This document shows positions 60,583-64,000 of a stretch of 64,000 nucleotides of DNA, one piece after another. Positions within the stretch are counted from its first letter, which is position 1. The number at the start of each line of letters is the position of its first letter. The notes beneath the pieces were generated by a model. That model did not search any database. It saw only the letters and a list, made by a program, of their open reading frames with translations, and was not told the origin of the DNA. The position numbers and the translations under genes are program-made. The stretch lies in NCBI RefSeq assembly GCF_000143415.4, contig NW_003314283.1, forward strand, positions 568,752-632,751, written 5' to 3'. This DNA is from Selaginella moellendorffii (taxonomy: Eukaryota > Plantae > Lycopodiophyta).

Positions 60583-61765
60583 GAAATCGTCTCCAGCAGC
60601 CTCGATCGTCATAGGTTCCTTGCTAATGGAAATGTATGGACGCTGGGAATCTTTCAAGATCGAGATTCTTTCTCGTGGAACATTGCGATCGCGGCACTTG
60701 CCCGTTGCCTTGGCATTCTTTTTCTCGATGGCGAGCATCCAATTATTTCTCTGGGCAGCTGTGAAGATACGGTGGAGATCAGATGGTGTATTGGCAAAGT
60801 CACAGGTTCGAATCCACAGCCAGAGACCCAATGTTTTTATGGTTTGAATGGAATGGACATCTCGTCCATGGCCCAAGACTATTTCTTAATTCTAGCCACA
60901 TATCCGGCCAGGTTCCAGTCCAAATTGTACATTCAGCTCGTGGGAATGTTTTATAAGGCTGTCATCTTTTCTGGGCTGTCAAGCTCAAGAAAGAAACCAT
61001 TATGGAATGAAATTTTCACCACTAAGCTTGGAAGAATCCCTGGATGGACAAAGGCAAGCTACCTTTTCTTCTTCTGCCACATCCAAATATTGAATGTCTG
61101 AAGATATGATTAGCAGCAAGACCGCCCATAATTAAGAGTCAAGGCTCTTTGTTCTTACAAATCTTGGGGAGCTTGAGATTTCATGAAGGCACTTTCTTAT
61201 CGTGGTCTATCCAAGTTTGATGCTTGTTCCTAGCAGCAACAAGACCAAAGATTTGAAAAACTCCATGAAATTTGAAGTCGCACCCAAAAGGTTCAGTGTG
61301 TGAAGAAGTGTGTGAAGAAGAGGGCATCGCATGGAAAATAATCGAGGCCGAAAGGTGGCTGTCCTCCACAAGAATATTTAAAACAAAAAGGGCAAAAGAA
61401 GAACCGTGGGCTTGTGAGTGCTTGCGAGCCTAGTTGAAGATTGAGCCAGACCGGATCCCTGGACAAGTCATCGAAACTGAAGAAAAGAGAGTCATCGACT
61501 CACATTCTTTACTTTATGAGATTTGCACAAGCACCCGTAATCGAGGCACCATGTAGTTGATGGCAATGGCGGTGGTTTTCCATTGCATTGTTTTTTAGCA
61601 CAAATTTCTGGGCAGGGGCAAGCGCATCCACAAGGAAAATCGTCTCCAGCGGCATTTAGGTTCCTTGTCATGGAGAAATGTATGGAAAGTGCGGGCGCGC
61701 AGCGGACGTCTTGGGAGTCTTTTACAAGATGGAAGATCGAGATGTTTTCTTGTGGAACATTCGGA
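60583..61765 (+). pseudogene. Two related PPR-gene fragments (60583-60710 and 61635-61765)
   Basis: ...RFLAN...EMYG(R/K)C...DRD(S/V)F(S/L)WNI, typical PLS-class PPR N-terminal pieces, frameshifted. Confidence 0.6.
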
Positions 61766-62165
61766 TCGCAAAAAGGTATATTGTTAAGTAGCACCTGATG
61801 TACTCACGTTGAACTTGTCATAATGACCAAGGAGTGCTAAGTCCATCGGGCTCCCTGGTACAAAGCGCCGGGTCTGGTGGATCTCATTGTAGCTTGTATA
61901 CGCCACGATTCTCGTGTAGTTCGGGAGCACGTGACGAGCTCGGGAACACAGCATATGCGTGTTTGCAATCTCCACATCTGACTGGAAGCTCAAACTGTTG
62001 ACACGGATTCAAGAAGTTGCCGTTCTCCTGCACCTTCGATCCATGCCAAACTCTCGAATGTCGCTCGCTGTCCAACTCCCACAGGCATTCCAAGTCCTCG
62101 AGCTCTCGTAGCGATTTTGACAAGACCATCTTGAGTTGCTCGAGCAACCTAAGATAATCGAATGT

Positions 62166-63010
62166 CTTCATGCTGTCCTTCAAAGCATGGTGGAGCTTTG
62201 CCAGAGGGAGAAATTGGCACTGCGCGTAGTGTTAGAGGAGCTGATCCGCGAGAACCAAGGCCACCATCGCCTTGGACACCATTGGAACAGCTGCAAGAAA
62301 TCGATCGATGGGCATTCACGAGAGGAGAAAGGATTCCTGGATGTTACCTCGAGGAACGACGCAGGGATCATGACGACCACGAGCTCTTCTTGCCGGTCTC
62401 TCGTTACAGTCTCTTGGAATTTCTGTAAGAAGCAATCAAGCAAGCAAAATCAATGCCAGCGCAGTGAGAATTGATGAACTTTGTAAAGTTTGTAGACGTC
62501 GGCTTGCATGCTATTCTCATCACTATCGTCTCTTCGTCCCTGCATGAATTGTTCATAAGTTGAGGAAACAAAAACAGAAAGGAGATCCTGTCTAGAAACC
62601 CATGAGATTCACACTCCTGGCGAGGTAAAGCCTTCATACTTCTTGTGTGTGTAGATAGAAAGGTCTCAAACTTTGTAAGCTTTGCAAAGGGAGATTGGTT
62701 CCATCTTGTGTTAGATGTTAGCTAGAGCCAATCCTGCAGAATACCTCACATTAAGTTCCAGCGTCTCATTTTCTTTCTTCCGTTAACGAAAACTTACTCT
62801 TTCACGTTGATCCGTGTTTGGAACTAGAACAGCAATAGGAGTTCCCAGTGTCATTCCTATGAGAAAGAGATTGATAAACTTACAGAAGAAAAGAAACAAA
62901 GGAAAAGCAAGAAGCTACATTACCTTGTGCCACGCCAGAGAGAAATTTGCAAGTGTCTGTTTCCTTCCTTGGAGTTGTGATCCGACTTTGGCCCGGCCTC
63001 CTGTTCGTTG
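62166..63010 (-). pseudogene. Chorismate synthase pseudogene fragments
   Basis: Exon remnants RPGQSRITTPRKETDTCKFLSGV, GMTLGTPIAVLVPNTDQR, IVMRIACKPTST, ARGRHDPCVVPR, AVPMV..AMVALVLADQLL*HYAQC; central exons missing, stop and frameshift present. Confidence 0.85.
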
Positions 63011-63572
63011 AGAAATGAAGAGAATAAGCAACATACAATGAAGACACAAAGAACATAGTACTTCATAACAAACAACGAAAGAACATACAAAGAACACGCA
63101 AAGAGTAACGCGAAGAGCTCCTTGCACCAAATTAATCCTCAAAAGCATTGAAAGAAGTGGAAGATGAACTTTAAATGCTCTCATCCGCGACTTTGCAACC
63201 GTGGTACCTCCCTCAGAGCTCATCGGGAACCGCGGAATTACACCTTGGTAGACTGTGAATGCCGCAACCGGGCATTTGCCACGGAGACAAGGAGGCCATA
63301 CAAGCGCTGAGTGAATGAAGAACGATTCGAATTAAAGGGAAAGTGGAGTGAATGAATGAGATGACTAGAAACCTTCTTGCACTCGTCGTTCTCATGAGCT
63401 TGGATAAAAAAAAGCTGTGTTCTTCGAGTCAAAACAGGATTAAGAATGAAATAGATATTTGCTAACTTACTAAACAGCTGTTACTAAACACACAAACCCC
63501 AACACCCCACACGTTTTGATACAGTAAGCTGAGCCGTTTATAAAGCAGCTTACCTCCAAGTTCTCTAAATCA

Positions 63573-64000
63573 CTACTCCTCCAAGTTCTTTTTCAACTTG
63601 TTTTTATACCACTTGAGCACCTGGCCCAAAAATACTTTTGCTTCCAGGATAGCACTCTCAAGCTCACTGGTACTTCTGCCATTCTCCTCTTCCAAAAACC
63701 GTTCAATCTCACTTGTTAGCTGCAACTTGAGAGTGTAGTCTGCTACTGATAACTTGATCATCTCTGGTGGCTTCAGAGCAAGCATTTCTTGAGGCTTCAT
63801 TGTGTCACTGTAATTTGAATCATACTTGTAGAGAGCCATAGCATTAACACCTCCAACACACAGACCTTTGATCTTACTAAGATAATGCTGAAAACCATGC
63901 CTGCTTCCCTCAATCCCTGTCTGTTTCTCAAATGCAACAAGTGCTGCATCCAAGAGAACATTTACCTTGTCAAAATTTTCTCCCTGCCTCTCAACGTGAT
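63573..64000 (-). CDS. 3' end of an unknown protein-coding ORF running off the window
   Basis: Frame is open from the window edge to the stop at 63573; helical, charged sequence; no family recognised. Confidence 0.4.
   Translation of the reverse strand, partial: HVERQGENFDKVNVLLDAALVAFEKQTGIEGSRHGFQHYLSKIKGLCVGGVNAMALYKYDSNYSDTMKPQEMLALKPPEMIKLSVADYTLKLQLTSEIERFLEEENGRSTSELESAILEAKVFLGQVLKWYKNKLKKNLEE

Overview
Eukaryotic nuclear DNA from a compact land-plant genome with short (~50-70 bp) GT-AG introns and tiny intergenic gaps. A flagellar gene (DRC2/CCDC65) together with land-plant gene families points to a seed-free plant with motile sperm, most likely the lycophyte Selaginella (inference, not a database match). 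Gene-dense blocks hold RlmH-like methyltransferase, AFG1-like ATPase, DDX55/RH18 helicase, an RWP-RK factor, CNX1, DRC2, organellar SSB, USP, two GH18 class III chitinases, a GNA lectin, two D27-like carotenoid isomerases, three tRNAs and an FMO with a nonsense codon. These alternate with two AT-eroded LTR-retrotransposon graveyards (~13.5-23.8 kb, ~34.3-38.4 kb). A complete Gypsy element (46579-53242, 5-bp TSD) splits an AAA-ATPase pseudogene and itself carries a nested solo-LTR-like insert. Highlights: (1) a tRNA-Lys(CTT) + D27-like cassette present as two intact inverted copies plus remnants; in one copy the tRNA sits between the upstream gene's stop and the D27 ATG; (2) a chimeric hevein(CBM18)-Gly-linker-GH18 chitinase head-to-head with a mannose lectin; (3) a decayed Crinkler-type coiled-coil/NTPase/REase effector gene; (4) an RWP-RK protein with an unusual N-terminal domain. 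All calls come from reading the sequence; no searches were run, and exon boundaries are manual.
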